Shown here piece after piece: positions 7,324 through 16,369 of a stretch of DNA of 57,615 nt; positions within the stretch are counted from its first letter, which is position 1, and each line of letters opens with the position of its first letter. The stretch spans positions 1 through 57,615 of IMG/VR virus record IMGVR_UViG_3300045988_146331. The stretch is one strand, 5' to 3'. The translations under genes were made by a program, and so were the position numbers. The notes beneath the pieces were generated by a model, which did no database searches, had not been told where the DNA came from, and saw nothing but the letters and a program-made list of their open reading frames with translations. The DNA is from a virus.

Positions 7324-7699
7324 TACTATCACTTCCTTCTTCATATAATATCTCTAATATTCTTTGTTTTAACTCGCTTTTTAAAAATCTGCTATTATAC
7401 TTATAATAAATATCGCCAGTATCGCAATTATGGTTTATTATTAATGTTTCTATTTTAGATAGTTTATCTTTTAGTTGTTTATTTTCTTCAACATTTGATT
7501 TTAAAAGTATGTCATAAGTTTGTATAGCACCATTTAATTTTTTATTTTCTTGTTGTAATTTTGTTATTGTTGTGTCTATATATCTAGTAAACGTTTGAAC
7601 TTCTGTTTTATTAGACATAATCAGTTTTTTATCACATACTGATATTTGACAAACACCACTTTTATTATGTTCACAACTATATCCACAAATTTTATTCAT
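7313..7699 (-). CDS. Cys-rich N-terminus / coiled-coil protein
   Basis: ORF track; CxxC-like CGYSCEHNKSGVCQISVC followed by a heptad-like region; ends GSDSNEI. Confidence 0.55.
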   Translation of the reverse strand: MNKICGYSCEHNKSGVCQISVCDKKLIMSNKTEVQTFTRYIDTTITKLQQENKKLNGAIQTYDILLKSNVEENKQLKDKLSKIETLIINHNCDTGDIYYKYNSRFLKSELKQRILEILYEEGSDSNEI

Positions 7700-7996
7700 T
7701 TATTCTACCTCTTTTAAAATATCTAATAATTCTCTATAATCAAAACTATAATTATTTATTGTATAGTACTTTTTACCATCTAAAATACTTGATATTATTA
7801 AATTTTCATTTATATATTCTATTGCTTTATCAATTACTTCTTTGTATTTTTGGTTTTCTTGTTGTAACTCTCTTATAGCATGAGTAATTTTTGAATGAGG
7901 GAAATTATCTATACAATTTAATTCGTTACAATCACTACAATAACCTTTATCAATTAAATTTATGTATTTATTTAATATTTCTTCTTTATTAATCAT
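7700..7996 (-). CDS. Hypothetical protein
   Basis: ORF track; adjacent (0 nt gap) to 7313..7699. Confidence 0.55.
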   Translation of the reverse strand: MINKEEILNKYINLIDKGYCSDCNELNCIDNFPHSKITHAIRELQQENQKYKEVIDKAIEYINENLIISSILDGKKYYTINNYSFDYRELLDILKEVE

Positions 7997-8177
7997 TAGA
8001 TTCTCCTTTTAAAAATTTTCTTAAATAGTCAAATAAATCTTTATTTGTTGTATATCTTTTAGTTTCTTTAATGTTTCTAGATACAATTTCTTTTACACTC
8101 AAATTTATATCTAATATATCAAAAGGAATTAAATTTCCTTCTTGGTCAATAATTAACCATTTAACTTCTTTATTCAT
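7989..8177 (-). CDS. Hypothetical protein (likely start MNKEVKW at 8177)
   Basis: ORF track 7989..8186; same ...GSDSNE*/ATG junction as at 7323. Confidence 0.5.
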   Translation of the reverse strand: MNKEVKWLIIDQEGNLIPFDILDINLSVKEIVSRNIKETKRYTTNKDLFDYLRKFLKGESND

Positions 8178-8439
8178 TACTATCACTCCCTTGTTCTATT
8201 TCTCGCATTTTACCTAATAACGTTCCATAATCAACTACTAAATAATGTTGTTTAGTATTTTCATTATGTTTGTTATAAACAATCCATTCTCTTAACTTAT
8301 TCCAATTATCTTTTAGTTGTTTATTTTCTTTCTTTAAATCACAATACTTTTCAAAATAAAAATCATGTAATTCTTCCAATTTAGTATAAGAACAACCATA
8401 TTCTTCATCTAACCATTTATTTATTGCTTCTAAATTCAT
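8170..8439 (-). CDS. Hypothetical protein, paralog of 12172..12420
   Basis: Shared ENKQLKDNWNKL / ENQRLKNNWTKL and ...KMREIE... segments. Confidence 0.6.
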   Translation of the reverse strand: MNLEAINKWLDEEYGCSYTKLEELHDFYFEKYCDLKKENKQLKDNWNKLREWIVYNKHNENTKQHYLVVDYGTLLGKMREIEQGSDSNE

Positions 8440-8450
8440 TTTGATACCTC

Positions 8451-8615
8451 CTAAATTTCAAACCAATTTCCTTGACTATCTTGTAAACATTTAACTCCAC
8501 AATATTTGCATATTCCATAATTACTGCAACCATCATTACCTAATATTTCACAGTTATGCCATTTCAAATGTTTATCACACCAAAACGCTATTTTTAAAAT
8601 CAAATTTTTAATCAT
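8451..8615 (-). CDS. Small Cys-rich protein (54 aa, MIKNLILKIAFWCDKHLKWHNCEILGNDGCSNYGICKYCGVKC...)
   Basis: Manual translation; TAATG overlap with the upstream stop; 7 Cys. Confidence 0.4.
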   Translation of the reverse strand: MIKNLILKIAFWCDKHLKWHNCEILGNDGCSNYGICKYCGVKCLQDSQGNWFEI

Positions 8616-8806
8616 TATTCCACCTCTTTAAATAGCCTTACCCATCGATGATGTTTTTTATCTCTTTTCTTATCCACAATACCATTTCTCTGCCTGCTAA
8701 TATAACAATGTAAAACCTTTACACTTGTGTTGAAATATTCAGCACACTCTTTATAACTATCAAACGACCATATATAATTATCTTCCAAATCGTACATAAC
8801 TATCAT
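8615..8806 (-). CDS. NUMOD1-like HTH protein (stand-alone homing-endonuclease-type DNA-binding module)
   Basis: YDLEDNYIWSFDSYKECAEYFNTSVKVLHCYISR resembles the NUMOD1 pattern. Confidence 0.45.
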   Translation of the reverse strand: MIVMYDLEDNYIWSFDSYKECAEYFNTSVKVLHCYISRQRNGIVDKKRDKKHHRWVRLFKEVE

Positions 8807-9048
8807 TATTCCTCCACCTTTACAACTAAATTATCTTTTATTAAGTCATCAATTTTATATGTTGAATTTTTATAATATTTGTTTTTCAAAAAAGACCATT
8901 CATAGTCAACTTTTAATATTTCTCCTGTTTCTTTATCAACCATAGTTAAATAACCATTATTGTAATCCCTTGTATAAGTAGTATAGTGCTCTTCGAACCC
9001 ATATTTTTCCAACTCTTTCAAATCCACGTTATCTTTTATTTTAAGCAT
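8806..9048 (-). CDS. Hypothetical protein, paralog of 11759..11995
   Basis: Both start (M)LKIKDxxDLxxLxKYGF and end LIxxNLVxxVE(E). Confidence 0.55.
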   Translation of the reverse strand: MLKIKDNVDLKELEKYGFEEHYTTYTRDYNNGYLTMVDKETGEILKVDYEWSFLKNKYYKNSTYKIDDLIKDNLVVKVEE

Positions 9049-9052
9049 AATA

Positions 9053-9745
9053 TCAGTCCTTTCTAACTATATTATTTATTCTTTCTTTTGCAATATTGAA
9101 ATAATTTTCATCTAATTCAATTCCTATAAAATTTCTATTTAATTTTTTACAAGCAACTCCTGTTGTTCCTGAACCCATAAAACAATCTAGTATTGTATCA
9201 TTTTCTTGACTGCTATTTACAATTAAATTTTCTATTATGTCTAAAGGTTTTATTGTTGGATGCCCATATAATTGTTTTTCTTTTTTATTTACAGATGTTA
9301 TAAAATAACTTTTTTTAGTATGATAACTGCCAAAAACTTGCACTCCTTTTTCTCTCATAAAAACTATGTATTCAGTATCATTTAGATATTTGTTGTTACA
9401 AGTCGGTATAGGGTTAGTTTTATGCCAAGTCAACAAGTTCCAACTAAAATTATTTTTATTTGCATAATTTAATAAGGTCAACATTTGAGTTCTACTACAA
9501 AATATATACATATTAACTTTTTTCATTTTATTGCAAAGAATATCTAGTAGTTGTTCCGATATACCAGTCATCATACTTTCTATTTCATCTTGGTATTTTC
9601 TTCTTTTTTCGTTACTATTTCTAAAAAATCCTCCCCCTCTTTGATTTTCTAACTCATAAGGTGGGTCAATTACAACTAAATCTATACTTTTATCAGGAAT
9701 ATCTTTCATTAATTCTAAACAATCCCCTTGTCTTAAATCTATCAT
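9053..9745 (-). CDS. DNA methyltransferase (N6-adenine/N4-cytosine, DPPY class)
   Basis: VVIDPPY catalytic motif near the N-terminus; SAM-binding FMGSGTTGVA near the C-terminus. Confidence 0.85.
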   Translation of the reverse strand: MIDLRQGDCLELMKDIPDKSIDLVVIDPPYELENQRGGGFFRNSNEKRRKYQDEIESMMTGISEQLLDILCNKMKKVNMYIFCSRTQMLTLLNYANKNNFSWNLLTWHKTNPIPTCNNKYLNDTEYIVFMREKGVQVFGSYHTKKSYFITSVNKKEKQLYGHPTIKPLDIIENLIVNSSQENDTILDCFMGSGTTGVACKKLNRNFIGIELDENYFNIAKERINNIVRKD

Positions 9746-9763
9746 TATTTATCTGCACTTCCT

Positions 9764-10102
9764 TTAATCTTTTGGCATTTGATAAACTGCAATTTTTTCT
9801 ATTCTGTCTATTATTTCTTTAGCATCCTTTAGGTTGCTTTTGTTAACTAATGTTAATAGATTACTGCAGACATGTGAAAGTTCTTTATCTATGATGCATG
9901 TAGCTATTTCATCTAATACTTCAATAGCTCTTTCTTTTGTCGTATAAGTTGCTAACTTATGATTACATCCTGATACAGTTAATCCTAGTTTTTTATGGTT
10001 TTCATAAAAAGGAACTTCCATCCATATTTGATTATCCATTATCCATAAAGAATTAACTTTAACCAATTTTGTTTTATCTTGACTTCTAATCCATAATTCC
10101 AT
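9764..10102 (-). CDS. Hypothetical protein
   Basis: ORF track; operon context. Confidence 0.55.
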   Translation of the reverse strand: MELWIRSQDKTKLVKVNSLWIMDNQIWMEVPFYENHKKLGLTVSGCNHKLATYTTKERAIEVLDEIATCIIDKELSHVCSNLLTLVNKSNLKDAKEIIDRIEKIAVYQMPKD

Positions 10103-10116
10103 TTTATCAGTCCTTT

Positions 10117-10476
10117 CTAACTAATAATTCCATTTTTTCTTAATATTTTTAAATCTTTTTCTAACTCTTTTTGAAAATTTTCCATATCTTTTGTAAAATC
10201 TGCTATATTCCAACCATTACTCCACCAACTATCATAAGGCGTTTTTATTTTTACATAAGGATACATTTCGGTTCCACAAAAACAACATCTTTCTAAATTT
10301 ATAGCTAAATCAAAGCTTCCACCACAACAACTATAACTTTTATAAAATGCCTTAATATTTATATTATCAATTGGTCTATGTAAACTATCTTGATATTTAC
10401 TAAATCCCATATCGTTTAATAATTTCATTGTTTCTTCAGTTAAATGTGTTATTTTAGGTTTACTATTTCTTAACAT
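10117..10476 (-). CDS. Hypothetical Cys-rich protein
   Basis: ORF track; SYSCCGGS...CCFCGTE. Confidence 0.55.
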   Translation of the reverse strand: MLRNSKPKITHLTEETMKLLNDMGFSKYQDSLHRPIDNINIKAFYKSYSCCGGSFDLAINLERCCFCGTEMYPYVKIKTPYDSWWSNGWNIADFTKDMENFQKELEKDLKILRKNGIIS

Positions 10477-10492
10477 TACTATTACTTCCTTT

Positions 10493-10741
10493 CTATTTCC
10501 AACCTATCATTACTTTATATGTTTCTAAAACATATTTTAAATTAACTACTACTGTATCGTCAACTGTATCCATATGACATTGATAAAACATTTCGGCACG
10601 TTTTATGTTATCTTCCAACCATGTTATAAATTCTTTTTGCTGAGTTTCATATGTTTCTATCATTTGAAGTAGTTCCTGTGTTTCTGGTACTTTACCAAAT
10701 TTATTCAATTGTTTTATTATCAATCTATTTTCTTCATGCAT
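10493..10741 (-). CDS. Hypothetical protein
   Basis: ORF track; overlaps the upstream gene by 8 nt. Confidence 0.55.
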   Translation of the reverse strand: MHEENRLIIKQLNKFGKVPETQELLQMIETYETQQKEFITWLEDNIKRAEMFYQCHMDTVDDTVVVNLKYVLETYKVMIGWK

Positions 10742-10979
10742 TATTTATCCAACCCATTTCTTTTACTTGTTGCATTATGGCTGGAAGTTCTCTTACATAA
10801 ACATAACTAGGTTCACTATTAATAAAACAGCAAAAGGTTGGGTGTTGTCCTTGATCTAAAGGAAAATCAATAGCTTCAATATCACCTTTTGGTGTTACTC
10901 TTTCATACGAAATCCTATTTGAATATCTATTGACTTTTTGATATCCTATTTCTTTAAATAATTCTTCCGCGGATTTCAT
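10734..10979 (-). CDS. Hypothetical protein
   Basis: ORF track; 4-nt overlaps on both sides. Confidence 0.55.
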   Translation of the reverse strand: MKSAEELFKEIGYQKVNRYSNRISYERVTPKGDIEAIDFPLDQGQHPTFCCFINSEPSYVYVRELPAIMQQVKEMGWINNA

Positions 10980-11503
10980 AATTTCATCTCCTTTTCAACT
11001 TTTTCTAAATATTTATTAGCTTGCGTTTTTGATAGTCCACAATTATGTTCAAAATATGCCCATAAAAAAGCTTTAACTGGATCTACTGAGTCATCTTTAG
11101 CTCTCCTAACAACTGTTTTATCACGATTATTATCACTCCAAAATAAGACACATGCATCTTTATTAACAATATATTTCTTAGGTAATTTGTAATTTTCTAC
11201 TAGTGGTATTCTTATTGGAACTATATCATCAATACAAGATAAATCTTTTTTAATATGACAACCAGTTCGTACATCATCAATTTGTATTTCATAAGGTGGT
11301 AAATACCTATCAAGTTTAACGGTAATGCCGTGCAAAATTGGGTAGTAGGGATTCAAGCCAAAATATAACCAATTATTAACTCGAAGTCTTTCAAAAAGTT
11401 CCTTCCCTACTTTTATACGAATATATTCATTTGCTACGTCATTACTATAAATATGTTCTTTCATCTCATTTAATAATTTTTCAATCATTTCAAGTTCATT
11501 CAT
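10976..11503 (-). CDS. Hypothetical protein
   Basis: ORF track; 175 aa; operon context. Confidence 0.6.
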   Translation of the reverse strand: MNELEMIEKLLNEMKEHIYSNDVANEYIRIKVGKELFERLRVNNWLYFGLNPYYPILHGITVKLDRYLPPYEIQIDDVRTGCHIKKDLSCIDDIVPIRIPLVENYKLPKKYIVNKDACVLFWSDNNRDKTVVRRAKDDSVDPVKAFLWAYFEHNCGLSKTQANKYLEKVEKEMKL

Positions 11504-11511
11504 AATTTCAA

Positions 11512-11781
11512 TTAATCCTTCCTTTTCTTATTATTTTTAATTACTATTTCACGTAATTCACTAAGTCTATCTCTTTCTTCAATAAGTTGTTCTATTAAAG
11601 AATTTAATCCATCGAATCTTGTAGGTTTACCTGTGAAAAAATATACAAAATTGTTAAGATAAGCATCCCCTACTAAAGTATATATATTATCGACACCTTC
11701 TTTACATAGCTTATTCACATAATCAAAATGATAATCAATTAATACCTTTAATTCGTCATTACTCATATTCAACCACCTCAA
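11512..11781 (-). CDS. Hypothetical protein
   Basis: ORF track. Confidence 0.5.
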   Translation of the reverse strand: MRWLNMSNDELKVLIDYHFDYVNKLCKEGVDNIYTLVGDAYLNNFVYFFTGKPTRFDGLNSLIEQLIEERDRLSELREIVIKNNKKRKD

Positions 11782-11995
11782 CTAAATTATTTTCAATTAA
11801 ATTATATAGAATGGCTATATCATTTAAAGAATCAAAATCCCCTGAATAAACCATTATAATTTTCGTTACAGGTGATATCTCAATATAACCACCTTCGCAT
11901 TCATATATATACCATTCTCTATCATCAAGACAAAAACCATATTTATCTATCAATATATTTAAATCAATTTTATCTTTAATCTTTAATCTTTTCAT
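11759..11995 (-). CDS. Hypothetical protein, paralog of 8806..9048
   Basis: See 8806..9048. Confidence 0.55.
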   Translation of the reverse strand: MKRLKIKDKIDLNILIDKYGFCLDDREWYIYECEGGYIEISPVTKIIMVYSGDFDSLNDIAILYNLIENNLVEVVEYE

Positions 11996-12007
11996 ATTAT
12001 CCTCTTT

Positions 12008-12172
12008 CTAATATTCCTCATCTTGTTGTTCAAAATAGTAAGTTATCCAAAATGTTGCCTCTGCTAATTTTGTTAAAATGTTAGTTTTTTCTAATCCCTC
12101 ATCAAATTCATTTACCACCCAGTCTTCTGCGGTACCTAGTAAATCTAATAAGTATTCTTTTTTATCAATCAT
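12008..12172 (-). CDS. Small acidic protein (54 aa, MIDKKEYLLDLLGTAEDWVVNEFDEG...)
   Basis: Manual translation; TAATG overlap with the stop of 12172..12420. Confidence 0.4.
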   Translation of the reverse strand: MIDKKEYLLDLLGTAEDWVVNEFDEGLEKTNILTKLAEATFWITYYFEQQDEEY

Positions 12173-12420
12173 TATTTATCATCTTCCTTTTCTATTTCTC
12201 TCATTTTATTAATTATTTTTACAAACCATACGTCCTGAGTGTCTTTCCAATTTTCTTCTAGAAAGTCATTTAACTTAGTCCAATTATTCTTTAGTCTTTG
12301 ATTTTCTTGACGTAATTCTTCGATTATAACTTTATTCTTGTCAATTTCTTCACACCAACCATTGTTTAGGTTTTCGTAAACTTTAAGTTCTATGTTATGT
12401 ACACTATTATCGGGAATCAT
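12172..12420 (-). CDS. Hypothetical protein, paralog of 8170..8439
   Basis: See 8170..8439. Confidence 0.6.
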   Translation of the reverse strand: MIPDNSVHNIELKVYENLNNGWCEEIDKNKVIIEELRQENQRLKNNWTKLNDFLEENWKDTQDVWFVKIINKMREIEKEDDK

Positions 12421-12444
12421 TCAACACCTCTTTTATATTTTTCT

Positions 12445-13251
12445 TCATTCTTCCTCATCTTCGCCAACATAAATGTAAAAACATTTTGCCCTATCTTTTT
12501 TAAAGGCTTTATTTACTTTATATGTGACTGTTCTTTTTGGTAAGCTAGGATCACATATATTTTCATTAAAATCGTTTGCTAATAGTGTTATTTCTTCCTT
12601 AGATAATCTCGTTGTAAAATACAAATGATTTATATACGTAAATAACTCCGTATCTCTATTACCTTTTTCAACAACTTCCGGTTTAACATAAGCATCTTTT
12701 GATTTTGTTTTTATTAATTGTTTTTGCGATAATATAAATTCTTTTAATTTTGGTGGCATTTCCGCAATTTCACATTCACCATTTTTATATAGTTCATATT
12801 TTACGCCATTTATTTCACTAGGATATACACAAATATATCCATCTGTTCTAATATCAATTCCTGGATACCCAGGGAAAGAATTACTACTATTTGATACTTG
12901 CTTTAATTCGGCATCACTTTTATATATCAAGTGAATTCCATTACTAGGTGTTCTTTGAAACAAAGTTTGGTCAACATGATCTATTCCTAAATCAGTTAAT
13001 AATTTTTTCAAAGATTCCATACCATCAACACCATGGCGATCTATGTCTAATACAAATATATTATTTTCACTGCATGGCATACCCCAGTTGCAATCTTTGG
13101 CATGTTCAAGCCAATATGCTATTTGGGGGATGTCTATAGAACAATCTAATTGCCAAGCTTCTATTAATGGTGCTTTTCCATTTTTTACAATAGGAAATAT
13201 TTTCAACCCTTTATCAATATATAATCTTTTTAATTCTGTGAATCTTGACAT
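12445..13251 (-). CDS. Bifunctional DNA primase/polymerase (prim-pol) N-terminal-domain protein
   Basis: LKIFPIVKNGKAPLIEAWQ..., VLDIDRHG, GIHLIY, IDIRTDGGY-like segments typical of the prim-pol fold. Confidence 0.7.
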   Translation of the reverse strand: MSRFTELKRLYIDKGLKIFPIVKNGKAPLIEAWQLDCSIDIPQIAYWLEHAKDCNWGMPCSENNIFVLDIDRHGVDGMESLKKLLTDLGIDHVDQTLFQRTPSNGIHLIYKSDAELKQVSNSSNSFPGYPGIDIRTDGYICVYPSEINGVKYELYKNGECEIAEMPPKLKEFILSQKQLIKTKSKDAYVKPEVVEKGNRDTELFTYINHLYFTTRLSKEEITLLANDFNENICDPSLPKRTVTYKVNKAFKKDRAKCFYIYVGEDEEE

Positions 13252-13829
13252 TTAGCTTTACTCCTTACTGAATAAACTCGAGATATAGGAACTCCTAATT
13301 CAGTAGCTATATCTTTTACTTTATTTCCTTTGGCAAGTAAAGTTAATATTTCTTCACAATTTTCTATTGGCTTTCTACCACGAGTATTTTTAGTTGGTTT
13401 TTCTTCGTTTTCATCACAATCTAATAATAATTTCTTATCTTCTTCACTCATTACTCTAGAACGATAAGGTTTATCTAAATGGTCTAGCGTTTTCTTAATT
13501 TCACCCATTATTGTACCTCTACTTGCCAAATATCTCAATTTATCCGTATTTTTATTCCAAGTATTTTTTAACATTGAAATATTTTTTAATTCTCTTCTTT
13601 GATCATATAATGTTGATAGCTTATAAGTTATTTGTAGTCTTGCTTTGTCTTGTAGTTCATATTCTTCAATTAAATGATTATAATCGCTTATTAATTGGTC
13701 ATTAATTTGTTGCTCATTACCGATTGCTTCAAAACTTTGATCTATTTGATTTAATAATGCAATTGCGACTTCTATATTTTTTACAATACCATCTTGTTTA
13801 ACTCTATTTGCTTTATTACGTTCTGTCAT
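13230..13829 (-). CDS. DNA-binding protein with C-terminal HTH (likely start MTERNK at 13829)
   Basis: ORF track 13230..13961. GGAAGGTGGA RBS before the internal ATG. C-terminus KGNKVKDIATELGVPISRVYSVRSK is HTH-like. Confidence 0.55.
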   Translation of the reverse strand: MTERNKANRVKQDGIVKNIEVAIALLNQIDQSFEAIGNEQQINDQLISDYNHLIEEYELQDKARLQITYKLSTLYDQRRELKNISMLKNTWNKNTDKLRYLASRGTIMGEIKKTLDHLDKPYRSRVMSEEDKKLLLDCDENEEKPTKNTRGRKPIENCEEILTLLAKGNKVKDIATELGVPISRVYSVRSKAKCQDSQN

Positions 13830-14097
13830 AATATCCACCTTCCATTTCATAATCATGTTTTTTATCGAACGGATCAAATGATATTTCTTCTTCGTTTTCA
13901 CATTCTTTTTTACATTTTTCACATATTGTTTCTTCATTTTCTTCAACTCCCCAGAAATCAAATATTAAACAGCCACATCTTGCACATTCTGTAATATAAT
14001 TTTCACAAAAGTATCCAATATTATCTTTTGTTTTTGAAAATATATACCATTGTATTACTTGTTCTTTTTGTTTATTATTTAATTTATTATAAATCAT
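13816..14097 (-). CDS. Zinc-ribbon-like small protein
   Basis: CARCGC...CEKCKKEC. Confidence 0.5.
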   Translation of the reverse strand: MIYNKLNNKQKEQVIQWYIFSKTKDNIGYFCENYITECARCGCLIFDFWGVEENEETICEKCKKECENEEEISFDPFDKKHDYEMEGGYYDRT

Positions 14098-14101
14098 ACT
14101 T

Positions 14102-14287
14102 TTATCCCTCCAATTGATTTTTTACTTTTACAAAATTTTTAAAGAACTCTAATTTATTATAAATTTTGTCTTGTTCTTCTCTTATTTTTTCTGCTTGTTT
14201 AAAATTTACATCTTTGTTACCAGCTAATTCTCTCATTTGACGAGATTGTTCTGTTAACTTATTAATTTTTAAATATACTGTTTTCAT
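14102..14287 (-). CDS. Hypothetical protein (first gene after promoter 14317-14345)
   Basis: ORF track. Confidence 0.5.
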   Translation of the reverse strand: MKTVYLKINKLTEQSRQMRELAGNKDVNFKQAEKIREEQDKIYNKLEFFKNFVKVKNQLEG

Positions 14288-14316
14288 TTTCTTTCTTTTA
14301 TCTCCTTTCTAAACAT

Positions 14317-14345
14317 ATATTATCATATCTTATGAAATAAGTCAA
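14317..14345 (-). promoter_or_regulatory. Early-type promoter TTGACT-17-TAATAT (TG-extended)
   Basis: Minus strand reads TTGACTtatttcataagatatgaTAATAT. Confidence 0.7.
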
Positions 14346-14346
14346 C

Positions 14347-14374
14347 AAAAAACTTAGAATTTTTCATTCTAAGT
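14347..14374 (-). terminator. Intrinsic terminator (9-bp stem + T-run)
   Basis: Minus strand reads ACTTAGAATgaaaaATTCTAAGTttttt. Confidence 0.75.
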
Positions 14375-14546
14375 TTAAAATTAATTGGAGGTAGGCAATC
14401 TTGGTGTTACATAACACCCTAGCAGATAGATAATCGGTTGGGGGATATGAAATATCTACCCACTAGGCTACTATGTAGCCCAATGAAAAGTGAAAATTAC
14501 TGAAATCCAAAATATTACTTGGACAAGATAGCATATTATCTATCTC
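14347..14546 (-). ncRNA. Candidate ~200-nt structured ncRNA between its own promoter and terminator
   Basis: Promoter 14553-14581. 11-bp long-range helix 14535-14545/14424-14434. Hairpins GGCTAC-ata-GTAGCC and GGTGTTA-tg-TAACACC. CCUACCUCC near the 3' end. No ORF. Confidence 0.5.
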
Positions 14547-14552
14547 AATTAT

Positions 14553-14581
14553 AATATATCATAAATCTTTTTAAAATGCAA
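14553..14581 (-). promoter_or_regulatory. Promoter TTGCAT-17-TATATT (TG-extended)
   Basis: Minus strand reads TTGCATtttaaaaagatttatgaTATATT, directly after the stop of 14586..16001. Confidence 0.55.
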
Positions 14582-14585
14582 TACT

Positions 14586-16001
14586 TTATGTTAATTTTAC
14601 CCAATATTTTTGTTTTCCATAATTTTCAAAGCGAATTGTCTTATCCATTCTCTTCCAATCGTTCATCGTTCTCATGATCATTGATATTTCACGAGAACTT
14701 TGTCGATTAAATGATTTTTGTAAATTTCCAAAACAATTGGTATATATTTCCATTCCGCATACTGTATCTCCTGGATTTTTTTTATCAAGATATTCTTGAA
14801 TCATACCAACTTTAGGATCGTCATCTGTCGCTCTAGCTTGATGCATTGCTACAATATCATCATATTGTTTTGGAATAACCAAATATGTTTCATGGCGTTT
14901 CATAAGTTCTAATGCCTCTCGCCAACACTGTAAAATATATGCTTTTGTTTCCTTTTCTTTTAACCAAAGAGAACCTTTCGGTAATTTGATTTCAATAGGT
15001 AAATAACGTCTATTACCAGTTTTATCAACTAAAAATTCATAATCGTTGGTTGTACCAATAAAAATACAATGACGAGGATTGGATACTTCATGACGTCCAT
15101 AAGCTGGTCTAAATGTATCAACAGTTCTTGTAATATACCCTTTCAATGATTCTACTTCTCTAGCTCTAACCATAGCAAGTAATTCACTAAACTCACACAT
15201 CCAGCCACCACTTAATATTTCCATTCCGTCTTTACCTTCAATGGATAACACCTCACGATAATAATCATCTTTTAATGCTAACCAACTGACAATAGTACTT
15301 TTACAACTACCTTGTTTCCCCATTAAAATTGGCATATAATCAAATTTACAACCTGGTTTATATAAACGAGATATGCCTCCGTAAAATATCATGCGAGATA
15401 CTTCTCTAGAATAATCGTCAGCATCACATCCCATTATATCGGTAAGGAAATTATCAATGCGACTTATTCCATCCCATTTATCTGCTTCAATAATCTCTTT
15501 TATAGGATGGTATGACACACTTTTTGATAATAACGAAAATGCTTGACAATATTTTTGTAAATTATAAAATCCATAATTTTTTTCAATGTAACTTATAAAA
15601 TCAGCGTCATTCGTATCATTCCAATTATTTACAAAATGATTATCATTCCAGTATTCAAACTTTTGGGTAAATAAATTATATCGTACATGTTTCGTTATAT
15701 ACGGGTCATTTTCTAAAACTTGATTATAATTATCAATAGTACATTCAGGCAAACTATTAACGCCAATTTTCATCAATGATAATATTTCGCTTTTTGCCTC
15801 ATATATTGCGTTTTGTTCTTCACTATCAATAACCTTTTTAATAAGTCTCGTAACCCCTTCCTTACGTGCTACTACTAAAATTTCATTAATAACAGCTTCT
15901 CTTTCTTCCCCCTGGTAATTTTTATAAATACTTGGTATAAATTCTTTATCAAGCAATTCGTCTCTTGTTAAAGTATCTATACTCTTAAATACCGTTTCCA
16001 T
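14586..16001 (-). CDS. VirE/P4-type primase-helicase (P-loop NTPase)
   Basis: Walker A MGKQGSCKST, Walker B-like WMCEFSEL; size and layout match virulence-associated-protein-E family replicative helicases. Confidence 0.75.
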   Translation of the reverse strand: METVFKSIDTLTRDELLDKEFIPSIYKNYQGEEREAVINEILVVARKEGVTRLIKKVIDSEEQNAIYEAKSEILSLMKIGVNSLPECTIDNYNQVLENDPYITKHVRYNLFTQKFEYWNDNHFVNNWNDTNDADFISYIEKNYGFYNLQKYCQAFSLLSKSVSYHPIKEIIEADKWDGISRIDNFLTDIMGCDADDYSREVSRMIFYGGISRLYKPGCKFDYMPILMGKQGSCKSTIVSWLALKDDYYREVLSIEGKDGMEILSGGWMCEFSELLAMVRAREVESLKGYITRTVDTFRPAYGRHEVSNPRHCIFIGTTNDYEFLVDKTGNRRYLPIEIKLPKGSLWLKEKETKAYILQCWREALELMKRHETYLVIPKQYDDIVAMHQARATDDDPKVGMIQEYLDKKNPGDTVCGMEIYTNCFGNLQKSFNRQSSREISMIMRTMNDWKRMDKTIRFENYGKQKYWVKLT

Positions 16002-16036
16002 TCTATCACCTATTTTCGCAAAGTATATCTATTATA

Positions 16037-16267
16037 TCATAGATTTGAATATTTTAGGATATCATTCCTTGCTTTTTTGCAAATATCTTCTAAAACATCA
16101 CAATAAACATACAGCTTACTCATATCTCCGTTTAAAATAGAATCTAGCTCTTCTCGTATCACATTTGCGTCTAAGTCATTTCCTTTTTCTAGGGCATTTC
16201 GTCGATTCATTTCTAGCATTAATACCACTACCCTATGAAGAAGTTCAATATTATCCGTCATTTTCAT
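16037..16267 (-). CDS. Hypothetical protein
   Basis: ORF track; downstream of promoter 16289-16317. Confidence 0.5.
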   Translation of the reverse strand: MKMTDNIELLHRVVVLMLEMNRRNALEKGNDLDANVIREELDSILNGDMSKLYVYCDVLEDICKKARNDILKYSNL

Positions 16268-16288
16268 TACCTACCTTCCTATACCATA

Positions 16289-16317
16289 ATATTATCATAA
16301 CTATAAATATTAGTCAA
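16289..16317 (-). promoter_or_regulatory. Early-type promoter TTGACT-17-TAATAT
   Basis: Minus strand reads TTGACTaatatttatagttatgaTAATAT. Confidence 0.7.
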
Positions 16318-16349
16318 TAAAAAATATAGTATTTTGTGTAATACTATAT
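16318..16349 (-). terminator. Intrinsic terminator (10-bp stem + T-run)
   Basis: Minus strand reads ATATAGTATTacacaaAATACTATATttttt. Confidence 0.75.
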
Positions 16350-16369
16350 CCCAAAGTAATTCAGTCAAT

